Shown piece after piece: positions 45,105-57,079 of a stretch of DNA of 64,000 nucleotides. Position 1 is the stretch's first letter. Every line of letters begins with the position of its first letter. A program made the position numbers and the translations under genes. The notes beneath the pieces are model-generated. The model was not told the DNA's origin and ran no database searches. It saw nothing but the letters and a program-made list of their open reading frames with translations. This stretch comes from Scenedesmus sp. PABB004 (Eukaryota): assembly GCA_014905635.1 (NCBI GenBank), contig JABVCE010000044.1, forward strand, positions 62,001 to 126,000. The letters are read 5' to 3'.

Positions 45105-46763
45105 ATGGATCCCGCCACGCTGCCCGACATGGACCCGCAGGAGGCCGCGGAGATGCTGAAGCTGCTCCAGAGCTACGCTGAGAGCGGCCGCACCGGCCTG
45201 GGGGACATCCCGGAGGTGCGCGGCGGCGGCGACAGCAGCGCGCACGCGCCGGGACGCCCACGCGGCCCGCCACGCGCGCAGGACCTCATGGCCATGCTGG
45301 AAAACGTGAAGCGCGCTCAGGGCCAGCCCACGGCCGACGCGGAGGACGCGGCGGAGAGCATCACGCCGGAGCCCGGGTGCGCGCCGCCGGCGCTGCTTGC
45401 AGCGCCGCCTGCGGCCTGCGGCGCCTGCGGCGGCGGCGGCGGGGGGGGGGGGGGGGCAAGCTTGCAGCGCGGCTGCGGCAGGCTCCCGGGCCGCCGCACG
45501 CTGTGGGCGAGCCGCCGCGCGGCAGCAGGCTCCTGTCCGGTTGCGCTCGCTGAGCGCGCTGCCGGCGCGCCGCGCAGGTTTGTGGTCAAGACGACCGACC
45601 AGGACGGCCGCAAGATCTTCATCAACATGTGCCACAGCAAGCAGGTGACCGGCGAGCCCACCGCCACCGCGAGCGCGGCCGCGGCCCGCGTGGCCCGCCA
45701 GCGCCGCCTCGCTCAGGCGCGCGCACACGCGCCGCCGCGCCGCGCCGCTCCCGCGCAGGTGCCCGCGCCCGGCGGCTGGACGGACGGGCGCATGCCCGAC
45801 AGCGTCGCGGCGGCGCTGCAGGACCTCGCGCGCGACGCGCCGGCCGGCGGCGGCGCCAGCGCCGAGGCGCTGCGCTTCCCGCTGAGCTGCAGCGAGGTGC
45901 TGCCCGACGCCGACCGCGGCGGCGCGCCGTGCGGCACGGTCGACTGCGTCGTGCACAGCGACGTGCTCGCCGCGGCGGCGGCGCACCGGCCGCTGAAGGC
46001 CTTCCTCATCGAGCTCGCGCTCGGCTGGGTGGGCAGCAAGCACGGGCTGCGCCTCGACCCGCGCTTCAAGCTGCCCAAGATGGCCTACAAGGGCGCGGCG
46101 GTGCGCACGCAGCGCGTGCGCGCCGCGCCGCGCGCGCTCGTCACCGACGTGACGAGCGCGGCCGACGACGCGCCCAGCTTCCCGCTGCTGCCGGCCCGGC
46201 CCAAGGCCGCAGCCGCCATGGCGCCGGCCGCCGGCGGCGGCCGCGGCCGCGGCGGCGGCAGCGGCGGCAGCGGCAGCGGCGGTGCGGCGGCGGCGGCGGC
46301 GCCCGGCGCCGGCGCGGCGCCCAGCAGCGACGCAGCGCCTGGCGCTGGCGCTGGGCCCAGCAGCAGCTGGCCGCACGAGGTCGCGTGCGAGGGCCGGCCC
46401 GTGACGCGCATGGTGGTCGTGCTGCAGCTGCCGCCGAAGAAGCAGCAGCAGCAGCAGCACGCGGGCGGCGCCTGGGAGCCGGGCGACGTGGTCGCCGAGG
46501 TGTGGGGGCAGCAGCTGCGCGTGCGCCTGGCGGCGCAGCCGGGGCCGTGCGTCGTGGCGCTGCCGTTTGCAGGCTCGCCGGCGGGCGCCGACGCGGCGCT
46601 GGCGGCGCCCGCACGTGGCGGCGGGGCGCAGCGGCTGACGGTGCGGCTGCCGTACCTGCCGGTCGCGGACTGGGTCGCTGCGCTCGCCGACGCGGCGCCG
46701 CGCGCGTTTGCGGAGCTGCCGGTCGCGCACGCCGACTACATGGAGCTGGACGAGCCGCTGTGA
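45105..46763 (+). CDS. PIH1-domain protein (PIH1D1/MOT48-like HSP90 co-chaperone)
   Basis: ITPEPGFVVKT...KIFINMCHSKQVPAP, FPLSCS...D..G..C...DCVV, FLIELALGWV..K, KLPKMAYKG, and a C-terminal CS-like segment (LTVRLP). Confidence 0.88.
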   Translation: MDPATLPDMDPQEAAEMLKLLQSYAESGRTGLGDIPEVRGGGDSSAHAPGRPRGPPRAQDLMAMLENVKRAQGQPTADAEDAAESITPEPGCAPPALLAAPPAACGACGGGGGGGGGASLQRGCGRLPGRRTLWASRRAAAGSCPVALAERAAGAPRRFVVKTTDQDGRKIFINMCHSKQVTGEPTATASAAAARVARQRRLAQARAHAPPRRAAPAQVPAPGGWTDGRMPDSVAAALQDLARDAPAGGGASAEALRFPLSCSEVLPDADRGGAPCGTVDCVVHSDVLAAAAAHRPLKAFLIELALGWVGSKHGLRLDPRFKLPKMAYKGAAVRTQRVRAAPRALVTDVTSAADDAPSFPLLPARPKAAAAMAPAAGGGRGRGGGSGGSGSGGAAAAAAPGAGAAPSSDAAPGAGAGPSSSWPHEVACEGRPVTRMVVVLQLPPKKQQQQQHAGGAWEPGDVVAEVWGQQLRVRLAAQPGPCVVALPFAGSPAGADAALAAPARGGGAQRLTVRLPYLPVADWVAALADAAPRAFAELPVAHADYMELDEPL

Positions 46764-46894
46764 GCCGCGCGCGCGCCGCCCGCCGCGACGGCGCCCTCTG
46801 TGCCGCGCGGCGTGGGTCGGGGTGGCGCTCGGTTGCATGCAACTGCCGCGCCCGCTGCGTTCGGCCGCGCCACGCCGTACCGCGCCGGGGCCGC

Positions 46895-48090
46895 TCAGTC
46901 GCGGATCACGCGCTCGTTGGTCTTCTCCGCCGGCAGCGGGCGGTTGAAGCCGCCCCGCCGGTTCATGTACTGCCGCGCGGAGCGCTTGGACTTGACCTTG
47001 ATGCCGCTCGCGTTGGCCGCGTCGTCCTCCACGTGCTTGCCCTGCACGGCACACGGCGCGGGCGGCGGTCCAGCGGGGCGGCGCTGGCGCGCGCGCGCGC
47101 GTTCCCTCGTCCGCGCGCCCGCGCCCGCGCGCTCGCGCGCCCGCGCGTCCGCGTGCGGCAGCTCACCTGCGTGGTGTCAAACGTGAAGGGGATGCCCATC
47201 ATCTGCATCATCTGCAGCTCCTCAGGGCTCAGCTCGGCGTCGAGGTCCACGTCCGCCGCGGACGCCCGCCCCGCCTCCGCGCCGGCCGCCGCGCCGCCCG
47301 CCGCGCCGTTGGCCGCGGCGGCGCCGTTGGGCGCGCCGCGCGCGCGCTCGCGCTCGCGCTCGCGCTCGCGCTCGCGGCTGCCGGAGCGGCTGCGGCGGCC
47401 ACCGCGCTCGCGCTCCAGCTCGCGCCGCCGGCGCTCGCGGTCGCGCTCCTCCTGCTCACGGTCCACCGCGTCCACCTCCGCCTCGCGCTCGCGCTCGCGC
47501 AGCCGGTCGCGCGGCCGGTCGCGCTCGGCGCCGCGGCCGCCGCCGCCGCGCCGGTCGGCAGGCGGCTCGACCCCGGGCGAGCGCCGCGCCTCAGGGCTGC
47601 GCACGCGCCGGCGCTCCCTGCGACGGCACGGCGGCGGACAAGCAACACGGTCAGCGGCGCAGCTTGGCCGCGGCGGCCGGCCCAGCTGCGCGGCGCCACC
47701 TCACCTGCTCCTGCTGCGCTCGCGGCGGCGGCGCTCCCTGCTGTGCGACCGACTTCGGCTGCGCCTGCTGCCGCCGTAGCGCTCGCGCTCGCGGTCACTG
47801 GGGCGGCGGCGCGGCGATGAGCGGGCGCTCGGCGCCGCAGCGGCAGCGGCAGCGGCAGCGGCAGCGGCAGCGGCAGCGGCAGCGGCAGCGGCAGCGGCAG
47901 CGGCAGCGGCAGCGGCAGCGGCAGCGGCAGCGGCAGCGGCAGCGGCAGCGGCAGGCCCCCCCCCCCCCCCCCCCCGCGCGCACGGCTGCCGCCGCGCGCA
48001 GGCGGCCCACCGGTACTCGCCGCGCTCCCGGTCGCCGCGCTCCCGGTCCCCGCGCTCCCGGTCGTCGCGCTCCCGGTCGTCGCGCCCCAT
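46895..48090 (-). CDS. SNRNP27: U4/U6.U5 tri-snRNP 27 kDa protein
   Basis: RS/RD-rich N-terminus; MMQMMGIPFTFDTTQGKHVED...KSKRSARQYMNRRGGFNRPLP. Confidence 0.95.
47837..47953. repeat. (GCAGCG)n hexamer repeat plus poly-C in SNRNP27 intron 1
   Basis: Directly visible in the sequence. Confidence 0.95.
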
Positions 48091-48117
48091 GGCTGCTTGC
48101 TGGGCGCCGCGGCGGGC

Positions 48118-48660
48118 CTAGTTCTGGGCCGTGCCGGCGAGGTTGCCCGCGGAGCTGGCCGCCTTGCTGGCGATCGCGTCGTGCAGGCTGCGCGCCTCGC
48201 GCGCCTTCTTGCTCTGCAGCTCGTCAAAGTGCGTCACCTGCGGCGGCGGCGGCAGGTGAGCCACGGTCGGTCGCGGTCGCCGCCGGCAGCATGGGCACGC
48301 CGGCGGTGCCGCCGCCGCGGCCGCCGCCGCCGCGGCCGCCGCCGCCGCTGCGCACCCAGCTCGGCAGGCACGCGCCCTCAAACTTTGCGCGCAGCGCCCT
48401 GCATTTGCTGGGGATGGGCACGCCAGCGCTGTAGAGCAGCCCGCACTCGCGCACGCAGGCGTAGAACGCGTCCCGCGCCTGGCGGCGACGGCGGAGCAGC
48501 AGCAGCAGCAGCGGTCGGCCGCGCGCCGCGGCCAGGCGCCGGCGCCACAGCGTTTGCATGTGCCCCGAACGGCCGCTCCCAGCCGCTCCCGCACCTTGTA
48601 GCAGTCCGCGCGCCCGGAGCGGCTGACTTTGGCTTCAGAGGCGGGAGCGGACCCAAACAT
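48118..48660 (-). CDS. COA6: COA6/COX6B-family cytochrome c oxidase assembly protein
   Basis: Three exons: RADCYK|ARDAFYACV...KCRALRAKFEGACLPSW|VTHFDE, giving a CX9C...CX10C pattern with SWV.HF. Confidence 0.85.
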   Translation of the reverse strand: MFGSAPASEAKVSRSGRADCYKVRERLGAAVRGTCKRCGAGAWPRRAADRCCCCCSAVAARRGTRSTPACASAGCSTALACPSPANAGRCAQSLRARACRAGCAAAAAAAAAAAAAAAPPACPCCRRRPRPTVAHLPPPPQVTHFDELQSKKAREARSLHDAIASKAASSAGNLAGTAQN

Positions 48661-49523
48661 CAGCCCGAGCAACGGCCGTGTGGCGGGCGGAGGGCGGCAC
48701 GGCGCCGCGGGTGCTCCGCTGCACCGCACTGGGCAGCGGCAAAGCAGGAGGGCTGGCTGGCAGTCGCGCGGCGGCGCAGGGCGCGGCGCAGGGCGCAGCG
48801 CGTCGCCGGCATCAAAGCGGGCCGCAGCGACGGTCGTTGCGCCGTGATCGTCCCACAATCAACGCACCAGTGACCTGCTCGGCTGACGGCCGGCGCCCGA
48901 GCTGCGGGCGGCGCGCCGCCGGCGCGCCACACGCAGCGCAGCGGCGGCGCGTCCCGGGCGAGCGGCCGTTCCCGGCGGGCTCGCAGCCAGTGCTCGGACA
49001 GGGCCCGCGAGCGCCGCCGCCAGACGGCGCATCTGGGGGAGGTGCCGCGCACGGGCCGGCCGCGCCGCCGCCGCGCGCGCGCGCGAGTGACCGGCGGCCG
49101 TCGCGCAAACGCCGCCGCCCGGCGCGAGGTTCGGGCTGGCACGCGCGACGGCGCGCCCTCGCCCGGCGCACCCGGAATTTCGATGACGGTGTGAGCGGAG
49201 CGGTCGCCACCTGGCCGAACCTGGCGACCGCGCCCGACACGCTCCCTTGCCTGCACGCGCCTGCGCCAGTTGCATTGCCCACGGCCTCCCCGTGCGTAGA
49301 GCTGCAGCCTGCGCGCATAGGCGGCGCGTGCGCGGAGGCGTAAAGAAAGCGGCCCATTTTTACGGTCCGCAGCGCGCGCGGACACTCGCGGCGGCGGCAG
49401 GCGGGCGCGTGGCCGCTGTTGGGCTGCGCCCCGGACCGCGCTGCTGCATGAGACCCGGCCCCACCCGCTGCTGCTGCTGCCGCCCGCGCCGCGCCGCAGG
49501 CGTCGCGGCGGGGCGTCGTGACC

Positions 49524-52266
49524 ATGTGGACCGTGCCGGCGTCAGGTGAGCGGCCGGGCGCGGGCTTGGGGCCGCGGGCGCGAGTGCTCACCCCCCCGAG
49601 CGATCGGGAGCCACTCGCGCGGTCGTACGTGTGCCCCCCCCCGCGAGCGCGTCGCGCCGCGCAGCCAGCCTCGGAGTGAAGGCTTGGCCGCGCCGCAGCC
49701 GGTCGGCCCGGGCTTGCGCGGCGCAGCTGCCTGGCTGGCGGCGTGAGCGCGGCGCGACGTACTGCTGACGGCGGGCGCGGGCTGCCCTGACCTCCGCCCG
49801 AAATCTGCCGAACCCAGCCGCACTCGCATCCACTCCCCGGCTAGTCCGGCGGCTCTGACGCCGCCGCCGCCGCCGCTGCCGCCGCCGCCGCCGTCGCAGC
49901 TGGCCGGGGGTGACGCCCGGCGCGGCGCAGCGCGGGCCCGCCCGCGCTGCGCGCGGCGGCGGCACCTGGCTCTCTGCCTCTGCCGGCGTGCAGGAATATG
50001 CCAGCTGCTGATGATCCCGCTACCCGAGAGAGCAGGGGCGGCGCACGGCAGCGAGCCGGCGTGCCCGGAGCAGCAGCCGGGTGAGTCCACCCCCGGCATG
50101 CAGCCCAGCGCCGGCGGGCAGCGGGCGCTGGAGCCAGCGACGGGCTTGGGTGCGCGCGCCCAGCAGGGCAGCAGCGGGCTGCTCGCCGGGGGCAGCGGCG
50201 CCGGCAGCGGCAGCAGCAGCAGCAGCTTGGCGCGGGCGCTGGACGCACAGCCCGGGGGCGCGCCGGGCCCGCAGCAGGGCGCGGCGGCGACGGCCGCCGG
50301 CGAGGCGCCGCAGCAGCCTGACGGCGGCGCCGCGCCGGCCGCGGCGCCCCGCTTCACGGTGAGCGCTGCCGGGCGCGCGGCGCCTGGTGAGGCCACCTGC
50401 GGCGGACGCGCGGCCGCCCGCCGCGCCCCGCCGCGCTGTGCTGCGCTGCCCCCCCCCCCCCCAAACCCCCACCCCCCTTCTCCTCCCCACGCCCACACTC
50501 CAGCTCTTCTACGCCAAGGTACCGCGCGACGAGGGCCGGGAGCAGCTGCTCGCGCTGTTTGGCCAGTACGGCGGCGTCGCTGAGCTGGAGATGTTCATGG
50601 AGGCGCCGGTGCGGGCCGGGCTACCAGCGGGCCGCCCGCCGCCGCTGCGCTGCGCGCCCGCCGCGCGCGGACCGGCGCCGCACAACCCACGCGCGCGCCG
50701 GCGCAGGGCGCGGCCGCGAGCAAGGGCTGCGGCCTGGTCGTGTACGAGAGCCGCGAGGCCGCGGGCGCCGCGGTGGAGGGTCTGAACAATCGGTTCACCT
50801 GGCCCGGCATGCGCTCGGCGATGGTCGTCAAGCTCATCAGCACCGCGGCCGACAAGCAGCAGCCCGGCGGCGCCGCCGGCCGCGCGCCGGCCGCGCGCGG
50901 CGCGGGCACTAGCGCAGGCGCTGGCGCGGGCTGGCCGGGGCGCCCGGGCGGCGGCGGCGGCGCCGCGGCCGCCGCGGCCGCCGCGGCGCCGGAGGCCCCG
51001 CCGGACGGGTGCGCGCCGGGCGCGTACAAGCTGTTTGTCGGCAACGTGCCGCGCGCGTACGGCGAGGACGAGCTGCGCCCCGTGTTTGAGTCGGTCGGGC
51101 GCGTCGTGGAGCTCGTCGTGCTGCGCGACCGCGGCAGCCTCGCGTCCAAGGGCAGCGCCTTTGTGTGGTACGCCGCCGGCGAGCACGCGGACCAGGTGCG
51201 CCGCCGGCGCCGCGGCCGCCGCCTGGGGGGGCCCGCGGCCCGCGCCGCGCCTGTGCGAGCGGCGCGGGCCGCCGAGCGCCGTCGCCCCCGCGCGCCGCGC
51301 CCGCCCCCGCGCTCGCCGCAGGCAGTGCGTGAGTTCAACATGCGCATCTGGCTGCCCGTGGTGCCGGGCAACCCCGCGAGCGAGCGCGAGCGGCCGCTCG
51401 TGGTGCGGCGCGCGAGCGGGCACCGGCCGCAGGCGTGGGCGGGCCAGCAGGAGCTGCCGCCGCCGCCGCGGCCGGACGACGGCGCGGAGGCGTGGCAGGC
51501 GCTCGGCGCGCCCGGCGTGACCGCGCTCGCGGCGGCGGCCGCGGGCCTGCGCGTCAGCGGCGGCAGTGGGCCCCACGGCGCGGGGCAGCCGATGGTGCTG
51601 CTGCCCCACGGCGGCGGCGGCGGCGCCGCCACCGCCGCGCCCTACCTGGTGCCTCACCCGCCGGTGCAGCAAGTGTTTGCTGTGTCCGAGGGGCCCGCGT
51701 TTGCGCAGCAGCCTGCGCAGCTGGTGGGCGCGCTGCCCGGGGCGATGTACGTCCTGCTGCCGCCGGCGCCGGCGCCGGTCCCGGCGCCCGCGCCGTGGGT
51801 GGGCAGCTTTGCGCCGACGCAGCAGCCGGCCGCCGGCGCGGCGCCGCCGGGGGAGCCGTACGGCGGCGCGTACGTGCTGGCGGCCGGGGGCAGCTTCGGC
51901 GAGCAGCCGCAGCCGCAGCAGTGGCTCGCGCCGGTGCACGCCGGCGCGCCCGGCGGCGTGCTGCCGCCGCCGGCGGCGCCTGAGGTGCCCGGTTACGGCG
52001 GCGGCCTGCCGCTGGTCAGCATGACGCTGCGCGCGCTGCCGTGCGTCCCGCTGCAGCAGTGCGTGGCGGTGCTCGCGGCGCAGCTGCAGTTGGTCGCGGC
52101 GGCGTCGGGCGCGCGCGTCGGCATCACCACGACGAGCCCCGGCCCGGCGGGCGAGGCGGTGCTGGTGTCGCTGTCGGGCGCGCAGCCGCAGGTCGTGGCG
52201 GCGTGGCAGCTCGCGACCAGCCTGCTGCACGCGAGCGACGCCTGCGTGCTGGAGGCGCTGAACTGA
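49524..52266 (+). CDS. CELF/FCA-like two-RRM RNA-binding protein with a C-terminal KH-like segment (start uncertain)
   Basis: LFYAKVPR...SKGCGLVVY...WPGM; YKLFVGNVPRAY.EDELRPVF...SKGSAFVWY...PLVVR; Pro/Ala/Gln-rich region. Confidence 0.82.
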
Positions 52267-53634
52267 GGTGCGATGAGGCCGTCGGCCCCCACCTGTGCCC
52301 AATTTGCCGCGCGGCTGGTGCGGCTAGTACTGAGCGACGCGCAGCGAGTTGGTTTGGTTTGCGGCATCGGCGCCTGATCGCGCCGCATGGCTTGGCGGCG
52401 GCGCTGGCGCGGCACAGCTGGCCGTTCCCGGCACTGTGGCGCGGATCTGTCTCGCACACGCCTGCACCGCCATCTCAGTGCAGCCGCGTGAACACCCAAC
52501 AAAGGGCGGACTGCCGCAGCGGCGTCTGGCCGGCTGCGCTCCAAACCGCGGCCGGGTGCCCTCGCTGCTATGAGAACCCGGCGGCTTGATCGGCTTGATC
52601 GGGCGGAGCGCCGCCGTTTACTCTGACGACCGATCGGCCGGCGTGGGCCGAAGACCCTGGACTCTGTACTGCGTGTGCGCGACCCCCCCCCCCCTGCCCA
52701 GGTGTCGAGAGCGTCCCACACCCCAGCCCGGTGTGTCACGCGCGAAACTCCCACGGATGCATTTATTATGAGAACAGCCTCGTTCAGCTGTTTTGCCCGC
52801 CTAACATCATGGCCTCAAAGGTTGGCGCTGGTATCATGCCCTCAAAGGTTGGCGCTGGCGCGGCGACGGGCCGCCACGACGCCGTGCGTCGACGACACCA
52901 CCACCACATGCGCCAGCAGTGCGGCACCCGGGATCGTGCACGTGGAAAGCGGGGGGTCGGGCGGGGGCGGTCAATCGGCAATGGGCAGAGACGAGCGAAT
53001 GTGTGACGGCACCCTCATGGCGGTGCGCAGGGTTGGTTCATGCTGGGTCCAACCCCAGCATTCTTGCGCCGATGGTGCCTTTTTCATTGGCCCATAGTTT
53101 GACGGCCATTCTGGCTCACCGCCGTTCAACAACTCGGGCGCAACGCGCGCCTGAGCCCAACGCTTGTTTTGACGGCGCTGCAGCGGCCAGCTGGCTCGTG
53201 GTCGCAAGCCGGTCGACCTGGCGCCCCTCCCCCTCAGCAGCTGGGCGGGTCGCGCGCATGTGCCCGGGGCTGGCTGTGGGCCGAGGGGGAGCGGCGAGGC
53301 CGCGGCGCCCGGCCTGGGGCGTGTCGCCCCTGGCCGGCGGCTGGCGGGAATGTGGCAGCGCTTGGTTCGCACACACTGCACCTGGAGCTGGTGCGCTGAG
53401 TTGTTGTTGTCCTTGAACTCCCTGGTATGACCAATCAACCCCGTCGGCGGCGCGATGCTGGACTTGGCTGTGCGGCTGCAGGTCTGAGCTGCAGCAGCTG
53501 AGCGCGCCTGCTGAGCGCGCGGCTGCCCTGCAGCTGCTGACTGCCCTGCAGCTAGCTGCATCAGCGCTGGAGGGATCAGCGATCATTGGTCGTCGCTCGG
53601 GCCGACTGCCTGGCCGCGGCTCGTTTAACTGCAC

Positions 53635-55051
53635 TCAGCTGGCCGGCCCCGCGTCGGCCTCCCCCGCTGGGCGCCGCGCGTTGAGCGACAGCGACCCCAG
53701 CGGGCAGAGCGCGGCCCCGGCGCCCCGCGGCGCCTCCTGCTGCTTGCTCCGCCACAGCAGCACGCTCGCGCGGGTGGCGGCTAGCAGGTCGGTGATGGCG
53801 TCGGGCAGCAGCTTGCACTCGGGCGCGGTCAGCGCGAGGATATCGATGGCCTCCGCCTCCACCGCCTGCGGCAGCGCCGTCGCGGCCGGGTCCCTGAACA
53901 CGCGCTGCGCCGTGTAAAACTCGTTCACCGACGTCGCCACACCAAACTGCGTGAGCATGCGCGCCGCAGTCTCCTTGAGCTGCGCGCGGCGGCGGGCGCG
54001 GCGGCGGGCGCGGCCTCAGGCCGCAGGTCTCCGCGGGCGCGGCCGGGCCCCCGACGCGGCGCGCGCGCCCTGGCAGCGCGCGCTCCGCTCCGCGCGGCCG
54101 CCGCACCGCGCCGCTCGGCGCCGTCGCGGCGGTGACTGCGAGGTAGATGCTGTCGCGCTGCGCGTCGAGCTGGTCCATGAGCCAGCCGAGCACGTGGCGG
54201 CTGTTGCTCTGGCAGTCGAGCATGACCTTGAGCCCGCCGGCGCTGGCGCCGCCGAGGAAGGGGCCGCGGCTGTTCGCCTTGACCACCAGCACCGGGCAGC
54301 AGCGCAGCGACTTGGCCAGCCGCAATGCGAAGCTGCCGGCCGCGGGCAGCGGGTCGCCGCGCGTGCCTAGGGCGGCGGCGGCGGCGGCGGCGGCGGTCGC
54401 GCCGCGCCGGCGCGGCCGCTGCGCGGCGGCCGGCGCCGCTGGCGACACCGCGGCCGCGCACCTGCCGCGCACAGGTTGTGCGAGCCGACGACCACGAGGT
54501 CGGCCATCACGGCGGCCGCATGCTGCCGCACGACGTCGGCCAGCCGCGCGTCGCCCTTGACCAGCACCTGCGGCGGACGCACATTCACTGAGCCGGCCCC
54601 GCCCCTCGGCGCCGCGCGCGGCGCGCGGCTTGCGCGCTCGCGGCGCACCACGGGCGTGACGGTGTTGGCGCACGGCTCCGCCGCGTGTGGCGCGAGCAGC
54701 GCCTCTCCGCCCACGACGCCCTCCGGGGTCATCGCCACGGTGACGAGCTGAAGCTCGTCGCGCGGGCGCAGCAGCGCCCGCGCCATGCGCACCGCCAGCC
54801 GGGTGGCGTGGTTGTTGGCCACCAGCACCACGACCACGCTGCCTGCGCGGCGGCGGCAGCAGCGGCCAGGGCACGAGCTTGTCGGCCGTGGTCTGCCAGT
54901 ACGTGCCACAGCCGTTCACGTGCGCAGGCAGCGCGCCGCGCGCCGGCCGGCGCGTGCGCAGGCGCTCGCGCGCCAGCCGGCCACGCGCCGCCGGCCGCGC
55001 ACCGCGGCGAATGGACTGCCTCAAGCTGGAGGAGTGGAGTAGGGCCGCCAT
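53635..55051 (-). CDS. Tandem universal stress protein (USP)-domain protein
   Basis: VVVLVANNHATRLAVRMA..LLRPRDELQLVTV, ADLVVVGSH, GSFALRLAKSLRCCPVLVVK; second degenerate domain (IDILAL...SVLLWR). Confidence 0.75.
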
Positions 55052-55350
55052 CGCGCCGTGGAGCCGCGCTCCGAGCTGTTGACCGCGCGGCGCGTGTGCG
55101 TCCCTGCGTGTGGCCGAGCTGGTCGGCGCTCAGATTCAAGCTGCTGGGCGGCGCCGCGAGCAACTGGGCAAGCGCTGCGCCGCCTGGGCCCCGCGGCTGC
55201 GCCGCCACGCCGCCGCGACGCCGTGCCGCCGCCGCCGGCCTGGGCCCCAGCGCGCTCGGCGGTGTGGCCAGTCCGCGTCTCCCGTCCTCCGAGCGCCGCC
55301 GCCTGCATCCTGCGGTCCGCCCAGCCACACACGCGCGGGACCACACAGCG

Positions 55351-56638
55351 ATGCGCGCGCTGGCGCAGCGCCCGGGCGCCTTTGGCGCCGGCCCGGCGCC
55401 CCGGCAGTCGCGCCACCCGCGCGCGCGTCTCGAATGCAGCTGCAGCGCCGCGCCGGGGCCCAGCAGCCGGCGGGACGCGCTGCTGCTGGGCCTGGCCGCT
55501 GCTGCCGCGCCCGCGCTGCTGCCATTGCCGGCGCAGGCCGGGTGAGACGCGCCGCGACTGGCCCGGCGCAACCGCGCCGGCGGCCGGGCGGCACCGCGCA
55601 GCGCTGCCCGCCGTGCCGCGCCGCGGCGACGCGCCGCCGCCGGTGCCCCGCTCCGTCGCGCAGCTTCAAGAAGGAGCTCAAAAAGCGCAAGGTGCCGCTG
55701 GAGGACTACAGCGTCTCGGGTGCGGCGCGCACCGGCGCGAACAGGCGGCGCGTGCCCCCTCCAGCCACGGCCTTCGCGGACCGCCGCCGGCCGCGAGCGC
55801 GCGCCCCACCCACCTGCGCGCCCCGGCGCCGTGCGCGCGCAGAGGTGGACGGGCTGCGCTTCTTCGACTCCGAGCCGGGGCGGGGGCGGGAGGTCAAGGC
55901 GGGCGACAAAGTCGTGGTGCGGCTCCGCAGCGCAGCGCCGCGCCGCCGCTCTGCGCGGCGCAGCGCTTCGGCCGCCGCGGCTCACGCGCGCCGTCGCGGT
56001 GCGTGCGCGCGCGCCGCCGGCAGGTCCACTTTGACTGCAAGTTCAAGGGCATCGACGCGGTGTCCAGCCGCTACGCGCGCACGCTCGGCGGCAACCGCAC
56101 AATCGCAGAGGTGGCCGTCGCGCGGCGGCGGCGCGCGGCGGCGGGCGCGCGGCCAGCGCGACGCGCGCGCAGCGGGGGCGGCGCGCTGACCCGCCCCGCC
56201 CCGTCGCGCCGCACCGCCCTGCGCCGTGCGTGCCCCGCCCTGCCCCGTGCTGCGCAGCCGTTTGAGCTCGTCGCGGGCGGGCCGATCACGCTCAACATTG
56301 TGCGCGCGGGCGACACCGCGGGCGGGCTCTTTGCCGGCGGCTCGGGGCCCAAGCCGCCGCCCGCGCTCTCCACGGCAGTCATCGGCATGAAGGCCGGCGG
56401 CCGGGTGCGCCGCCGCGGCGGCGCGGCGCGGCGCGGCGCAGGCGGCAGGATGGGCGGCCGGCGCGGCCGGCCGACGCGCCGCCCGCGCGCCCGCGCGCGC
56501 GCGCGCGCGCCGCAGCGCGTGGTCTACGTTGACAAGGCGGAGCTGGGCTACACGCAGGGCAACCAGGAGATCCCCGCGGGCGCCGCGTTCCAGCTCGAGG
56601 TGGAGGTCCTCTCGGTGCTGAGCGCGGGCAGCGGCTGA
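55351..56638 (+). CDS. FKBP18: Thylakoid-lumen FKBP-type PPIase, FKBP18-like
   Basis: Transit peptide and Tat motif SRRDALL...AQA; GLRFFD...G.G, VHFDCKF, GNRTIAEPFE, PKPPPAL...GMKAGGRR, ELGY...EIPAGA.F.LEVEVL. Confidence 0.85.
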
Positions 56639-57079
56639 CGCGCGCAGCGGCGCTGGCGGCGGCGGCGCACCGCGCTGGGACACGCGCTGGGCAGGCCTGC
56701 TCGAGTGACACAGCGCTCGACCAGATGACGGCGCGCGCGCTACAGCCAGCCGCCGCCGCGGCGCGTCAGGCGTCCGCTCGCTCGCTCGCTCCCGCACAGT
56801 CCTCCTCCGGCGGAGCAGCGCCCGGGAGGCAGCGCCAGCGTCGCGCCGCGCCCGCTGCCCGCGTGCGATTTTTCGAGCGAGCGCCGCGCTGCGGCGGCCG
56901 TCCACGGCGCCCGCGCTACGCGACACGACGCGCGTGGGTGCGCGGTGGGTGCACCACCGGCCGGCTCGCTCGCAGCGCAGCACGGCGCAGCGCCCGCCGG
57001 GGGGGGGGGCGCCCCTCAGCGCCGCCGCTGCGCGCCGCGCCGCCGCAGGGCGTGGGCGTGGCCCGCCGGCAGTGCGATC

